From Coriobacteriaceae bacterium EMTCatB1 (GTDB taxonomy: Bacteria; Actinomycetota; Coriobacteriia; Anaerosomatales; Anaerosomataceae): a DNA stretch of 64,000 nucleotides. The notes below the pieces were generated by a model. That model worked only from the letters and a program-made list of their open reading frames with translations, was not told where the DNA came from and ran no database searches. The stretch's first letter is position 1, and every line of letters starts with the position of its first letter. This document shows, in pieces, positions 1-11,356 of this stretch. The translations under genes and the position numbers were made by a program. The stretch spans positions 469,979 to 533,978 of the forward strand of contig BDLO01000001.1 of the NCBI GenBank assembly GCA_001950395.1, given 5' to 3'.

Positions 1-1146
1 GAGGAGCACTATCCCGACGACCAGGACCACAAAGCGTACCTGAGCGAGTACAACACGCGGCTGTGCGGGGTAGAGCCCGTCTGGCTGGCGAGGCACGACG
101 CCCAGCAGGCGACGGGATCAGCGGCGAAGGCCGGTGAGTACTCCGTCGACACGGATGACGTGAAGGTCGTGGTGCGGCTCGCGGGCGGCGCTGTGGCGAC
201 GTTCACGCCTGCAGCCGCATGGGAGTCCTCGTCCTCGACGCTCACGGTTCGGCCGACGCCCGCGAGTCCCGGCACACCTGTTGCGCTCGGCCGAATCTCA
301 GCTGTCGTCTCCAGAGACGGCACGTACTTGCGCTCGGACCTGGCGACTGCGGAGGGCTCCGTGAACTGGCAGCTCTTCCGCTTCGACGTGGCCGTGCCGG
401 CATCCTCGATCAAGCAAGTCTGGTTCCTGTGGTATGGCCACGGCGAGCCGACTGCCGGCCATCCGACGGTCGTTTCGTGGTGGTCCCCAAGCGGGGGGTC
501 GTGGGTGACGGTCCGAAACGCGATGACTGCTAATGACGCAGAGGCAAGCACATCGCGGTTGGTAGGCAACTCGACCTTCTGCTTGCGGTGCCACGACAAC
601 ATCACGCCGGCCGGGGTCGTCATGCCATCCGGCATAGCGACCATCGCTTCCGGCTGGGGTACCGCGAACGGAGACGCGCACTCGTCGCGGGCAGGATCAG
701 GCAGCACGTTCTTGAAGCCGGGCTGGAGCCCAGGCATGGACATACCGTGCCAGGCCTGCCACGACACGCACGGGGGCAAGAACCTCTATCATCTGACGTC
801 GTTCCCAGGAGACACGGTCGGGGTTTCCGTGACGACTCCCAACGGCATGCAGGAGGTGTGCGCAGGTTGCCACGCTGGGACACCTGAGCAGTGGCACGGC
901 GAGTGCATCGGCTGCCACGCCGGCGGGGGCCACGGCGGCTCGTTCATCGACTCACCGGAGGTCGTGGGGCCGGCTGGCTACCCCAACCGCTTCTCGAACT
1001 GCTTGCTGTGCCACAATCACGGCAGCAGATCGAATGTGCACAGCGACTACGGACGTGGGGTCGACGAGCGCGCGCAGGTGGAGTGGTATCGGGCTCACGG
1101 CGATCCGGAGTGCCATCCCTGCCACACGTGGGACACGACCTTCTAG
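1..1146 (+). CDS. Multihaem c-type cytochrome (hexahaem C-terminal region), 5' end cut by window edge
   Basis: Frame 1 is open from nt 1 up to the listed ORF 160..1146, so the gene probably begins upstream of the window. There are six CxxCH motifs in the last ~200 aa (CLRCH, CQACH, CAGCH, CIGCH, CLLCH, CHPCH). The N-terminal part has no haem motifs. Confidence 0.75.
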   Translation, partial: EEHYPDDQDHKAYLSEYNTRLCGVEPVWLARHDAQQATGSAAKAGEYSVDTDDVKVVVRLAGGAVATFTPAAAWESSSSTLTVRPTPASPGTPVALGRISAVVSRDGTYLRSDLATAEGSVNWQLFRFDVAVPASSIKQVWFLWYGHGEPTAGHPTVVSWWSPSGGSWVTVRNAMTANDAEASTSRLVGNSTFCLRCHDNITPAGVVMPSGIATIASGWGTANGDAHSSRAGSGSTFLKPGWSPGMDIPCQACHDTHGGKNLYHLTSFPGDTVGVSVTTPNGMQEVCAGCHAGTPEQWHGECIGCHAGGGHGGSFIDSPEVVGPAGYPNRFSNCLLCHNHGSRSNVHSDYGRGVDERAQVEWYRAHGDPECHPCHTWDTTF

Positions 1147-1167
1147 CGTAGCCTTGAACGCCGGTCG

Positions 1168-1204
1168 AGCAGGCGCACCCTATCTCCTGCCGGGTGCGCC
1201 TGCT
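1168..1204 (+). terminator. Stem-loop between the cytochrome gene and lepA (terminator-like)
   Basis: Perfect 13-bp inverted repeat AGCAGGCGCACCC / GGGTGCGCCTGCT with an 11-nt loop, 22 nt after the stop codon. There is no clear T-tract, so intrinsic-terminator function is uncertain. Confidence 0.45.
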
Positions 1205-1218
1205 ATCCTTACGCTCCG

Positions 1219-3023
<1,805 letters not shown>

Positions 3024-3024
<1 letters not shown>

Positions 3025-4220
3025 TGGGCGCGTCGTCGCCAGGTGCCGAGGCGCGCGCTGGCGGCAAGATGCCGGAGCACGTCTACTTCCACGTGCCGTT
3101 CTGCGCGTCCAAGTGCTCGTACTGCGACTTCTTCTCAGTCGCCGTCTCCCGGTCGATGACGCGAGCCGCGCACGCCTTCGAAGCCCTGCACGAGCAGTGG
3201 ACAGGCTGGCTTTCGCGGCTTCAGTTCCGCCCTGCGCGCACTGTGTACGTCGGCGGCGGGACGCCGACGGTCCTGGGAGCCGCTCGGGTCGCAGCATTCG
3301 TGGCGACTGCGCGGGCGGAGATGTGCGCAGCAGAGGACCCGGAGATCACAGTCGAAGCGAATCCTGAGTCGTTCGACGAGCGCGCAGCCGCGATGCTCGC
3401 CGAAGTCGGAGCGACGCGGGTGAGTCTAGGGGTGCAGGCGTTCCACGACGACTTGCTTGCCGTGCTCGGTCGCCCCCATGACGCCGCGCGCGCGCTCGCC
3501 GCGGCACGAGCCGCAGTCGACGCTGGACTGGATCTCTCCGTCGATCTGATTTGCGGCATCCCTGGCCAGACTCTGCAGATGTGGCGGTCGACCGTGGAGA
3601 TGGCCATCGACACCGGGGCCCAGCACGTGTCGGTGTATCCGCTGTCGCTCGAGAGCGGCACGCCGCTTGCGGCCGAGGTGATGCTCGGCCGGTATCGGAC
3701 GCCCGACGAGGACGCCGTCGCCGACATGATGCTGCTCGCCCGCGACCTCCTCGAAGCTGCAGGGCTCAAGCGCTACGAGGTCGCGAGCTACGCCGTTCCC
3801 GGCTGCGAGTGCCGCCACAACCTCGCGTACTGGACGGGTCGCGAGTACCTCGGGATCGGGCCAGGTGCGCACGGGATGCTGGACGCCTCGACTGCGCGAG
3901 CCGCCGGCTTCGTCGTGCCGGACGGCTCGAGCCGCCTGCGGTACGCCGTCGCGGCCGACCTCGAGCGCGGCTTCGGCGAATGGCCGGCGATGGCTGTCGA
4001 GACGCTCACGCGCGAGGAGGCGCTGCGCGAGGACGTCATGCTCGGGCTGCGTCTCGCGCAGGGCGTCGCCGCAGACCTCGTCGAGGCGGCGGGCGTGGGC
4101 GACGCGATCGAGCGGCTCGTGGCGACGGGGCTCGTCGAGCGGGTCGGGGATCGCGTGCGCACCACCGAGCGAGGGTGGCTGCTCGGGAACGAGGTCTTCG
4201 GCGCGGTGTGGACGGGCTGA
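3024..4220 (+). CDS. hemW: Radical SAM haem chaperone / oxygen-independent coproporphyrinogen oxidase-like protein (HemW/HemN family)
   Basis: Radical SAM motif FCASKCSYCDF sits near the N-terminus. ATG 3024 overlaps the lepA stop (TGATG). The ORF-track start at 2886 lies inside lepA and is not used. lepA-hemN/hemW adjacency is conserved. Confidence 0.85.
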
Positions 4221-4256
4221 CCCGTGCGAGAGGGCGCGCGAGCGTGGTACCATCGT

Positions 4257-4283
4257 CTAGCACTCACACACGCCGAGTGCCAA
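4257..4283 (+). promoter_or_regulatory. CIRCE operator (HrcA binding site)
   Basis: CTAGCACTC-N9-GAGTGCCAA compared with consensus TTAGCACTC-N9-GAGTGCTAA. It ends 17 nt upstream of the hrcA start. Confidence 0.85.
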
Positions 4284-4299
4284 GCGTAGGAGAGCGAAG

Positions 4300-5322
4300 A
4301 TGCTGAGCGAACGCAGGCGCGCGGTCCTTGCCGCGCTCGTTGAAGAGTATGTCTCGACCATGCAGCCCGTCGGGTCGAAGGCGCTCGTGGAGCGCCACCG
4401 TCTCGGCTGCTCGCCTGCGACCGTGCGCGCCGAGCTCGCAGCGCTCGAAGAGAGCGGGCACGTCGCCCAGCCGCACGTCTCGTCGGGGCGCGTGCCGACC
4501 GATCGCGGGTACCGCGCGTTCGTGGACGACGTCCGCGAGCGGCTCGGCTCGCTCGCGCTCGGGGAGGCAGAGATCGAGCGGATCCACCGCATGTACGAAA
4601 CGCTCGTCATGGAGATGGACGACGTGCTTCGCGAGACGTCGGTGCTCCTGTCGCGGTTCACGAACTACGTGGCGATCGTCGCAGCACCGGCGCTCAGGAG
4701 AGCGCGATTGAAGCGCATCTCCGTGGTGCCGCTCGCTGAAAGGCGCGCCCTCGTGGTCGTCGTCACCGACTCCGGGCAGGTCGCGAACCGCACCCTCGAG
4801 CTTGTCGAGCCGGTTCCCGAAAGCGTGCTCGCCGAAGTCGAGCGGTACCTGACGGCCGTGCTGGAGGACAAGATCGGCGAGCAGGTCATCGACGTGAGGC
4901 AGGGCGCGAGCGCAGGCGGTGACGTGTTCGCGCGGACGACGATCGAAGTGCTCGACGCCGTGGCGGACTGCCTGCGTGAGGCCGACGAGGACCGGGTCGT
5001 CACCGGCGGCGTGGCGGCGCTGCTGTCGCAGCCGGAGTTCGCGGACCCGCACGTCGCACGGCCGGTGGTGGAGCTTCTCGAAGACGGCATCACGATGCTG
5101 CGGCTGCTCACGGACGCGATGCGCGAGAGCGACGTGACCGTGCGGATCGGCCACGAGAATCCCATCGAGGCGCTCGGGCAGGTGAGCGTCGTGGTGAGCC
5201 CGTACGGGCGCCGCGAAGCGATGGGCATCGTCGGCGTCATCGGGCCGACGCGGATGGACTATCCTCGCGCCATCGGGACCGTGCGGGCGGTAGCCGACAC
5301 GCTGACAGACATCCTGGGCTAG
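4300..5322 (+). CDS. hrcA: Heat-inducible transcription repressor HrcA
   Basis: 340 aa. N-terminal winged-helix segment RRRAVLAALVEEYVSTMQPVGSKAL. The gene is preceded by CIRCE and followed by dnaJ. Confidence 0.9.
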   Translation: MLSERRRAVLAALVEEYVSTMQPVGSKALVERHRLGCSPATVRAELAALEESGHVAQPHVSSGRVPTDRGYRAFVDDVRERLGSLALGEAEIERIHRMYETLVMEMDDVLRETSVLLSRFTNYVAIVAAPALRRARLKRISVVPLAERRALVVVVTDSGQVANRTLELVEPVPESVLAEVERYLTAVLEDKIGEQVIDVRQGASAGGDVFARTTIEVLDAVADCLREADEDRVVTGGVAALLSQPEFADPHVARPVVELLEDGITMLRLLTDAMRESDVTVRIGHENPIEALGQVSVVVSPYGRREAMGIVGVIGPTRMDYPRAIGTVRAVADTLTDILG

Positions 5323-5334
5323 ACGAGGTCTGAG

Positions 5335-6453
5335 ATGGCTTCTGTGGACTACTACGCCGTCTTGGGCGTCAGCCGAGACGCGAGCCAAGAGGAGATCAAG
5401 CGCGCGTTCCGCCGCAAGGCTCGCGAGACGCATCCTGACGTCGCTGACGACCCCGACGCCGAGGAGCGCTTCAAGCTCATCAACGAGGCCTACGAGATCC
5501 TCTCGGACGAACAGAAGCGCGCGAACTACGACCGCTACGGCACGCCTGATCCGCGCGTAGGCGGCTTCGGGACCGACTTCTCGGGCTTCGGCGGCGACTT
5601 CTTCGGCATCAACGACATCTTCGAGACCTTCTTCGGAGGCGTCTCGGCGGGCATGGGCGGTCGCGCTGTCCGCACCGAGGGTCGCGACATGAGCGTCCAG
5701 GTGACGGTCACGCTCGAAGAAGCCGCGTTCGGCGTCGAGCGAGAGGTCGCGGTCACGCGGCTCGGACCGTGCTCCGCGTGCGGCGCGACGGGAGCTGCGC
5801 CTGGCGGCGCGGTCAAGCCGTGCCCGGAGTGCGGCGGGACCGGGCAGCGTCGGACGGTGCGGCGCACGATCCTCGGCGTGATGCAGTCGCTGACGCCGTG
5901 CGAGCGGTGCGGGGCGACGGGCCGCGTCGTCGACCCGCCGTGCCCCGAGTGCGGCGGCTCGGGCCGGGCACAGATGACCGAGAGCGTGACTGTTGCGATA
6001 CCTGCTGGCATCGCGGACGGCCAGACGGTGCGCGTCCCCGGCGCGGGCGAGGCAGGCGTGCGCGGCGCGCGCCCAGGAGACCTGCTGGTGCGCGTGCGCG
6101 TCGCTCCTCACGAGTACCTGCACCGCGAAGGCGACGACCTCCACGTTATGGCGGTCATCAACATCGCGCAGGCGGCTCTGGGAGCGACGATCTCCGTGCC
6201 GGGCCTCGAGGGAGACGAGACGGTCGAGGTCGGTGCAGGCGCGCAGAACGGAGACGTCGTGCGCCTCAAGGGCCGTGGCATGCCGGGGCTGCGCGGCGGG
6301 CGCGGCGACTTGCACGTGCACCTGCGCGTGGAGGTGCCTCGGAAGCTCGACAAGCGCCAACGCGAGCTCCTGCGAGAGCTAGGGGAGTCGTTCGGCACGG
6401 GCCGTGGCGCCAAGACGCGGTTGGAGCGCATCAAAGACTGGCTTGGCGGCTGA
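5335..6453 (+). CDS. dnaJ: Molecular chaperone DnaJ
   Basis: J domain with HPD, a G/F-rich linker, and four CxxCxGxG zinc-finger repeats (CSACGATG, CPECGGTG, CERCGATG, CPECGGSG). Confidence 0.95.
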   Translation: MASVDYYAVLGVSRDASQEEIKRAFRRKARETHPDVADDPDAEERFKLINEAYEILSDEQKRANYDRYGTPDPRVGGFGTDFSGFGGDFFGINDIFETFFGGVSAGMGGRAVRTEGRDMSVQVTVTLEEAAFGVEREVAVTRLGPCSACGATGAAPGGAVKPCPECGGTGQRRTVRRTILGVMQSLTPCERCGATGRVVDPPCPECGGSGRAQMTESVTVAIPAGIADGQTVRVPGAGEAGVRGARPGDLLVRVRVAPHEYLHREGDDLHVMAVINIAQAALGATISVPGLEGDETVEVGAGAQNGDVVRLKGRGMPGLRGGRGDLHVHLRVEVPRKLDKRQRELLRELGESFGTGRGAKTRLERIKDWLGG

Positions 6454-6458
6454 GAGCG

Positions 6459-7217
6459 ATGACGCTCCACAGGTTCTTCGTCAGCGAGCATTCCGAAGGC
6501 GGCTCAGGGCCGATACGCCTGAGCGACGCCGACGCTCACCACGTCCTCGACGTGCTGCGTCTTGGGCCAGGCGACAGCATCGTGTGCGTCGACCCTGCTG
6601 GCGTCGCTCTGGAGGTCCGCATCACGCGCGTGGACGGCGGGGCGCTCGAGGGCGAGGCCGTCGGGAACGTGGAGGCGGCGCCAGTGCCGCGGGTGTGGCT
6701 CGTCCAGGGTCTCGCGAAGGGCGAGAAGATGGACGCAGTGGTGCGGCAAGCCACAGAGCTCGGCGTGGAGCGCATCGTGCCGCTGTCGTCGTCCCGCAGC
6801 GTCGTGAGGCTCGATGGCGCGAAGGCGGAAGCCAAACGGGAGCGCTGGCAGCGCGTCGCTCGCGAAGCCGCCAAGCAGTCGCAGCGCGCAAGCGTGCCGG
6901 AGGTCGCACCCGTGGCGAGCATCGCGGCGCTGGGTGCCGAGCTCGGGGGCGCGGCGCTCGTCCTCGTCGCGTGGGAGGACGCCTCGAACGCTCCGAGCAT
7001 CAGCCAGGCCATTCGTGACGCCGACCTTGCCCCCGAGGACGCGGTGGCGGTGGTCGTCGGCCCGGAAGGCGGCTTCTCCGCTGAGGAGGTCGCGGATCTC
7101 GTGGCGGCTGGCGCGCGGGCGGTGTGGCTCGGGCCGACCATCCTGCGTACGGAGACCGCAGGGGTCGTCGCGTCTGCGCTCGCTCTATCAGCTCGAGGGG
7201 GTCTGGGCGGTGAGTGA
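6459..7217 (+). CDS. rsmE: 16S rRNA (uracil1498-N3)-methyltransferase RsmE
   Basis: In-frame ATG 6459 gives MTLHRFFV, a typical RsmE N-terminus. SPOUT C-terminus VVGPEGGFSAEE...LGPTILRTETA. The upstream part of ORF 5769..7217 overlaps dnaJ and is rejected. Confidence 0.85.
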   Translation: MTLHRFFVSEHSEGGSGPIRLSDADAHHVLDVLRLGPGDSIVCVDPAGVALEVRITRVDGGALEGEAVGNVEAAPVPRVWLVQGLAKGEKMDAVVRQATELGVERIVPLSSSRSVVRLDGAKAEAKRERWQRVAREAAKQSQRASVPEVAPVASIAALGAELGGAALVLVAWEDASNAPSISQAIRDADLAPEDAVAVVVGPEGGFSAEEVADLVAAGARAVWLGPTILRTETAGVVASALALSARGGLGGE

Positions 7218-8508
7218 TCGCCCCGTCCGAGTGAGGTTCACGACGCTGGGTTGCAAGGTGAACCGCGTGGAAGCTGAGACGATCGCTGCACGCGTCGAGG
7301 CCTGCGGCGCAGAGCTCACAGAGGGAGACGCGCCCGACGTCGTGGTGGTGACGGCCTGCGCGGTGACGACGGAAGCGTCCCACAAGGCCCGTAAGGCGGT
7401 GCGCCACGCGCTCGGCCTGCCGAGCCGGCCGACGGTGGTGGTGACGGGCTGCCTCACAGAGGAGGACGCAGCGCGCGTCGCTGCACTCGACGACCGGGTC
7501 GTCATCGAGCGCGACAAAGACGCTGTCGCAGACAGGATCCGTGACGCCGCTGGACTCCCGGTGGCGCCCGCAGGACCGGTCGTGAGAGCAGGGGAAGGAT
7601 TCCGGACGCGGGCGCTCGTCAAGGTGCAAGACGGGTGCGACAACCGCTGCGCATACTGCATCGTGCCAGACACGAGAGGGACGCCCCGGTCGGTAGAGGC
7701 GATGCGCGTGCTCGCGGAGGTGCGCGCGCTCGTCGAGTCCGGAGCCAAGGAGGTCGTGCTCACTGGCATCAACATCGGCAGGTACTCCGACGACGGGCTC
7801 GACCTGGCTGGGCTCGTGCGACGTGTGGCGGAAACCGGCGTCCGCCGAATCCGGCTCTCCAGCATCGAGCCGCCGGACCTCACGGACCGCTTCGTCGAGA
7901 CGGTCGCGGCGATCCCCGCCTTCGTCGAGCACCTGCAGGTACCGCTGCAATCCGGCTGCGACAAGACGCTTGCAGCGATGGGTCGCCGCTACTCGGTGGC
8001 GGAGTACGAGCGCGTGCTAGAGAGAGTGCGGGATGCGATCCCTGGGGTCGCCGTCACGACCGACGTCATCTGCGGCTTCCCCGGCGAGACGGATGCAGAT
8101 GCTCGCGAATCGGAGGAGCGCGTCGCGCAGCTCGGGTTCGCGAAGCTGCACGTCTTCCGGTTCTCTGCGCGCCCAGGAACGCCTGCCGCCGCACGTCCCG
8201 ATGCGCTCCCTCCGACGACGATAGCCGAGCGAGCGGAGCGAATGCGTGCCATCGGAGAGGTCGCTCGCCGGCGGTTCCTGGAATCTCACATCGGCACCAC
8301 GCACGAGACGCTCGTGGAGTCGGCGCACGAGGGCGTTGCGGTCGGCACGACGCGCGACGGTGCGCGCGTCAGGTGGCGATGCGCCACGTCCCGACCAGGC
8401 GACGTGCAGCTGGTGGCGATCGAGGGCGTCGACGGAGACGTGCTGACAGGCCGGATTCCCGACGAGCGTTCAGGACGCCGGAGTGCTACCATTGAGCCGT
8501 GGCAATGA
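7210..8508 (+). CDS. mtaB: tRNA N6-threonylcarbamoyladenosine methylthiotransferase (MiaB-like, MtaB)
   Basis: GTG 7210 gives VSDRPVRVRFTTLGCKVN (UPF0004 domain). Radical SAM motif CDNRCAYC. The start overlaps the rsmE stop by 8 nt. Confidence 0.85.
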   Translation: MSDRPVRVRFTTLGCKVNRVEAETIAARVEACGAELTEGDAPDVVVVTACAVTTEASHKARKAVRHALGLPSRPTVVVTGCLTEEDAARVAALDDRVVIERDKDAVADRIRDAAGLPVAPAGPVVRAGEGFRTRALVKVQDGCDNRCAYCIVPDTRGTPRSVEAMRVLAEVRALVESGAKEVVLTGINIGRYSDDGLDLAGLVRRVAETGVRRIRLSSIEPPDLTDRFVETVAAIPAFVEHLQVPLQSGCDKTLAAMGRRYSVAEYERVLERVRDAIPGVAVTTDVICGFPGETDADARESEERVAQLGFAKLHVFRFSARPGTPAAARPDALPPTTIAERAERMRAIGEVARRRFLESHIGTTHETLVESAHEGVAVGTTRDGARVRWRCATSRPGDVQLVAIEGVDGDVLTGRIPDERSGRRSATIEPWQ

Positions 8509-9503
8509 GAAGGACGAGTGAGAGCGTGGAACGAAGCCAGGTCCGCCTGGTGGTGCCGCCTGAAGTCGCGATGGTCGACCTGTTGGGGGAAGGCGACCTG
8601 CTGCTGAGACTCATCGAGGAGCAGTTCGAGTCTGACATCGCGGTGCGTGGCAACGAGGTGACCATCTCGGGGGAGATCGCCGAGGCGCAGGCGGTGAGCT
8701 CGCTGTTCTCCGAGCTGATAGGGCTCGTGCAGAAAGGCGAGCACTTGACGCCCGACAGTCTTGACCGTGCAATCGACATGCTGAAGCGCGGCGAGTGCAG
8801 CCCAACGAGCGTGTTCTCGGACGTCCTGCTGACGCACCGCGGAAAGACGATCCGCCCGAAGACCGCAGGCCAGAAACGGTACGTCGACGCGATCCGCACC
8901 CACACGGTCACCTTCGGCATCGGCCCAGCAGGCACGGGCAAGACGTACCTCGCCATGGCCATGGCAGTCGACGCGCTGCGGAAGAAGGCGGTCGGCCGCA
9001 TCATCCTCACCCGCCCTGCCGTCGAGGCGGGCGAGAAGCTCGGCTTCCTGCCTGGAACGCTGTACGAGAAAGTCGACCCATACCTCCGGCCGCTGTACGA
9101 CGCGCTGTTCGACATGATGGACATCGAGCAGTCGACGATGCTCACCGAGCGTGGTGTCATCGAGGTCGCCCCGCTCGCGTTCATGCGTGGGCGGACGCTC
9201 AACGACAGCTTCGTCATCCTTGACGAGGCGCAGAACACCACGCCCGAGCAGATGAAGATGTTCCTGACGCGCCTCGGTTTCGGCAGCAAGATCGTCGTGA
9301 CCGGCGACGTCACGCAGACCGACCTCATCGGTGCTCTGTCTGGACTGAAGCAGGTGCGCGAGATACTCCAGGGCGTCGAGGACGTGGCGTTCGTCGAGCT
9401 CGACTCGCGCGACGTCGTCCGCCACCGCCTGGTGCAGCGCATCGTCAACGCGTACAGCGAGTACGAAGCTGCCAAGACGGGCGAGCGACCCAAGAATGGA
9501 TAG
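8499..9503 (+). CDS. phoH: PhoH-like ATPase (YbeZ/PhoH family)
   Basis: Walker A GPAGTGKTYLAMA and a conserved PhoH core (ILTRPAVEAGEKLGFLPG, DEAQN). An alternative ATG lies at 8505. Confidence 0.9.
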   Translation: MAMRRTSESVERSQVRLVVPPEVAMVDLLGEGDLLLRLIEEQFESDIAVRGNEVTISGEIAEAQAVSSLFSELIGLVQKGEHLTPDSLDRAIDMLKRGECSPTSVFSDVLLTHRGKTIRPKTAGQKRYVDAIRTHTVTFGIGPAGTGKTYLAMAMAVDALRKKAVGRIILTRPAVEAGEKLGFLPGTLYEKVDPYLRPLYDALFDMMDIEQSTMLTERGVIEVAPLAFMRGRTLNDSFVILDEAQNTTPEQMKMFLTRLGFGSKIVVTGDVTQTDLIGALSGLKQVREILQGVEDVAFVELDSRDVVRHRLVQRIVNAYSEYEAAKTGERPKNG

Positions 9504-10944
9504 TCTCGTCGAGAAGCTCTCGGGGCTGTGGCCTCGTTCCGGCCTGCTCGCGTCGCAGTTCGCGCGTGCGCTGCTCGCGCGCGCCGCGCTGCTCGCGGTG
9601 GTGGCGCCGGCTCTGGCGTGGGGCAGGTCTCCCATGGAGGCCTTCGCTGTGGTCGCTCTGGCCGCCGTGTGCATCGTCGTAGGCGACAGGTACCTTGCCC
9701 GCACGCGTCCACGGATGCGCGAGCGTGCGCGCGACGGGCTCGTGGTCTCCCTGCTCGTGGCCGGCAGCGTGCACCTCACCTGGCTGCACTCGCTCGTTGC
9801 GCCAGGCGTTTCGCCGTTCGTCTTGCCGCTGCCCGTCGCTGCGATGGTGGCCACGATGCTCGTGGGGCCACCGGCAGGCATGTTCGTGGCCGCCGCCTCT
9901 GTGGGAGCGGGCGTGCTGCAGGGCGTTCTTGCTGGTCCCGCGGTCTTCGCGGCGCTTCTGACGGACGTTGCAGCCATAGCGTCCATGTCTTCCCTGAAAG
10001 ACCGGGCGCGGCTCGTGACGGGCACGAGCACGGTGATCGCGGTGATGGCAGTCGCGGCTGCGGCCTCCGCGGCTCTAAGCGGAGAGCAGGTAAATCGTGT
10101 CGTGAGCGAGATGGGTCTCGGAGCGGTCGGCGGCGTCGTGACGGTCGTCGCAGCGCTCGGGCTTCTCGCGGTGTTCGAAGCGCTGTTCGGCGTGACCTCG
10201 GACGTGCGGCTGCTTGAGCTCGCCAACCCGAGCGCACCGCTCATGCGGCGGCTGATGCTCGAGGCGCCAGGGACGTACACGCACGCGATCCTTACCGGCA
10301 ACCTTGCCGAGGCCGCCGCCCAGGCGATCGGCGCAGACCCGCTGCTCGCCCGAGTCGGCGCCTACTATCACGACGTCGGCAAGCTCGTGCGGCCCGCGTT
10401 CTTCGTCGAGAACCAGACGGGGTGCGCCAACCCCCACGCGAACACATCGCCGTCGCTGTCGGCGCTGATCATCACTGCTCACGTGCGCGAAGGAGCGGCG
10501 CTAGCAGAGCAGCATCACCTTCCGCCTGAGGTAGTGGACATCATCCGCCAGCATCACGGCACGTCGGTGGTCGCGTACTTCTATCAGAAGGCTGCTGCGT
10601 CAGGCGACCCGGTGGTGGAGGCGGACTTCCGCTACAGCGGCGAGCTGCCGTCCTCGCGCGAAGCGGCGATCGTCATGCTCGCTGACGCTGCCGAGGCGGC
10701 TGTGCGGGCCATGACGAAGCCGACGCCTCCACGGATCGAGGAGTGCGTGCGCCGCGTGGTCGAGAGCAAGCTTGCCGACCACCAGCTCGACCGTGCCGAC
10801 CTCACCTTCGCCGACATGGAGCGGATCGTGGAGGTCTACACGCGCATGCTCAGCGGGTTGTACCATCCGCGTATCGAATATCCGTCGATGATGCATGAGA
10901 GGGGATGCCATGCTGGTACGCGTGACGAGCCATCGCGATCCTGA
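9496..10944 (+). CDS. Multi-pass membrane HD-domain phosphohydrolase (YqfF/PgpH-like)
   Basis: Hydrophobic multi-TM N-terminal half followed by an HD domain (YYHDVGK ... IIRQHHG). Its position between phoH and ybeY matches the yqfF/pgpH locus. Confidence 0.75.
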   Translation: MDSLVEKLSGLWPRSGLLASQFARALLARAALLAVVAPALAWGRSPMEAFAVVALAAVCIVVGDRYLARTRPRMRERARDGLVVSLLVAGSVHLTWLHSLVAPGVSPFVLPLPVAAMVATMLVGPPAGMFVAAASVGAGVLQGVLAGPAVFAALLTDVAAIASMSSLKDRARLVTGTSTVIAVMAVAAAASAALSGEQVNRVVSEMGLGAVGGVVTVVAALGLLAVFEALFGVTSDVRLLELANPSAPLMRRLMLEAPGTYTHAILTGNLAEAAAQAIGADPLLARVGAYYHDVGKLVRPAFFVENQTGCANPHANTSPSLSALIITAHVREGAALAEQHHLPPEVVDIIRQHHGTSVVAYFYQKAAASGDPVVEADFRYSGELPSSREAAIVMLADAAEAAVRAMTKPTPPRIEECVRRVVESKLADHQLDRADLTFADMERIVEVYTRMLSGLYHPRIEYPSMMHERGCHAGTRDEPSRS

Positions 10945-11356
10945 GCCGCTCGCGCTGGACGCCTTCGAGCGGCTTGCACGCCACGTCTTGACGATGGAGA
11001 GCGCTCCTGAGGAATCGGAGCTCTCGATCGCCATCGTGGACGTCGAAGAGATGGCGCGCCTCAACGAGCAGTACCGGGGGATCGAGGGTCCCACCGACGT
11101 GCTGTCGTTCGGGTGCGACGATCCGTGCCTTGCCACTGAAGGCGAGCCGATCGTGCTCGGCGACGTGATCATCGCGCCTGAGGTCGCTGAGCGGCAGGCG
11201 CAGGAGCTCGGCGTCACCGTGGAGTCTGAGCTCAACCTGCTTCTCGTCCACGGCATCTTGCACCTGTTCGGCTACGACCACGAAAGCGACGAGGACGCGG
11301 CCGTGATGCAGGCGCGGGAGCGCGCCGTTCTCGACGCGTACGCGCCCGAGCCGTGA
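10895..11356 (+). CDS. ybeY: rRNA maturation endoribonuclease YbeY
   Basis: Zinc-binding motif HGILHLFGYDH. About 150 aa. The true start may be the internal ATG (MLVRV) about 15 nt downstream. Confidence 0.9.
   Translation: MRGDAMLVRVTSHRDPEPLALDAFERLARHVLTMESAPEESELSIAIVDVEEMARLNEQYRGIEGPTDVLSFGCDDPCLATEGEPIVLGDVIIAPEVAERQAQELGVTVESELNLLLVHGILHLFGYDHESDEDAAVMQARERAVLDAYAPEP

Noticed and set aside
4264-6360. 698-aa ORF on the minus strand, antisense to hrcA and dnaJ
   Set aside because: It lies entirely opposite two genes with unambiguous conserved motifs. Its translation is Arg/Ala/His/Asp-rich and low in complexity, with no motifs. Long antisense ORFs of this kind are expected in high-G+C DNA because stop codons are rare.
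8286-10301. 671-aa minus-strand ORF antisense to mtaB, phoH and the HD-domain gene
   Set aside because: Same reasoning: it overlaps three well-supported + strand genes and has biased composition and no recognisable domains.
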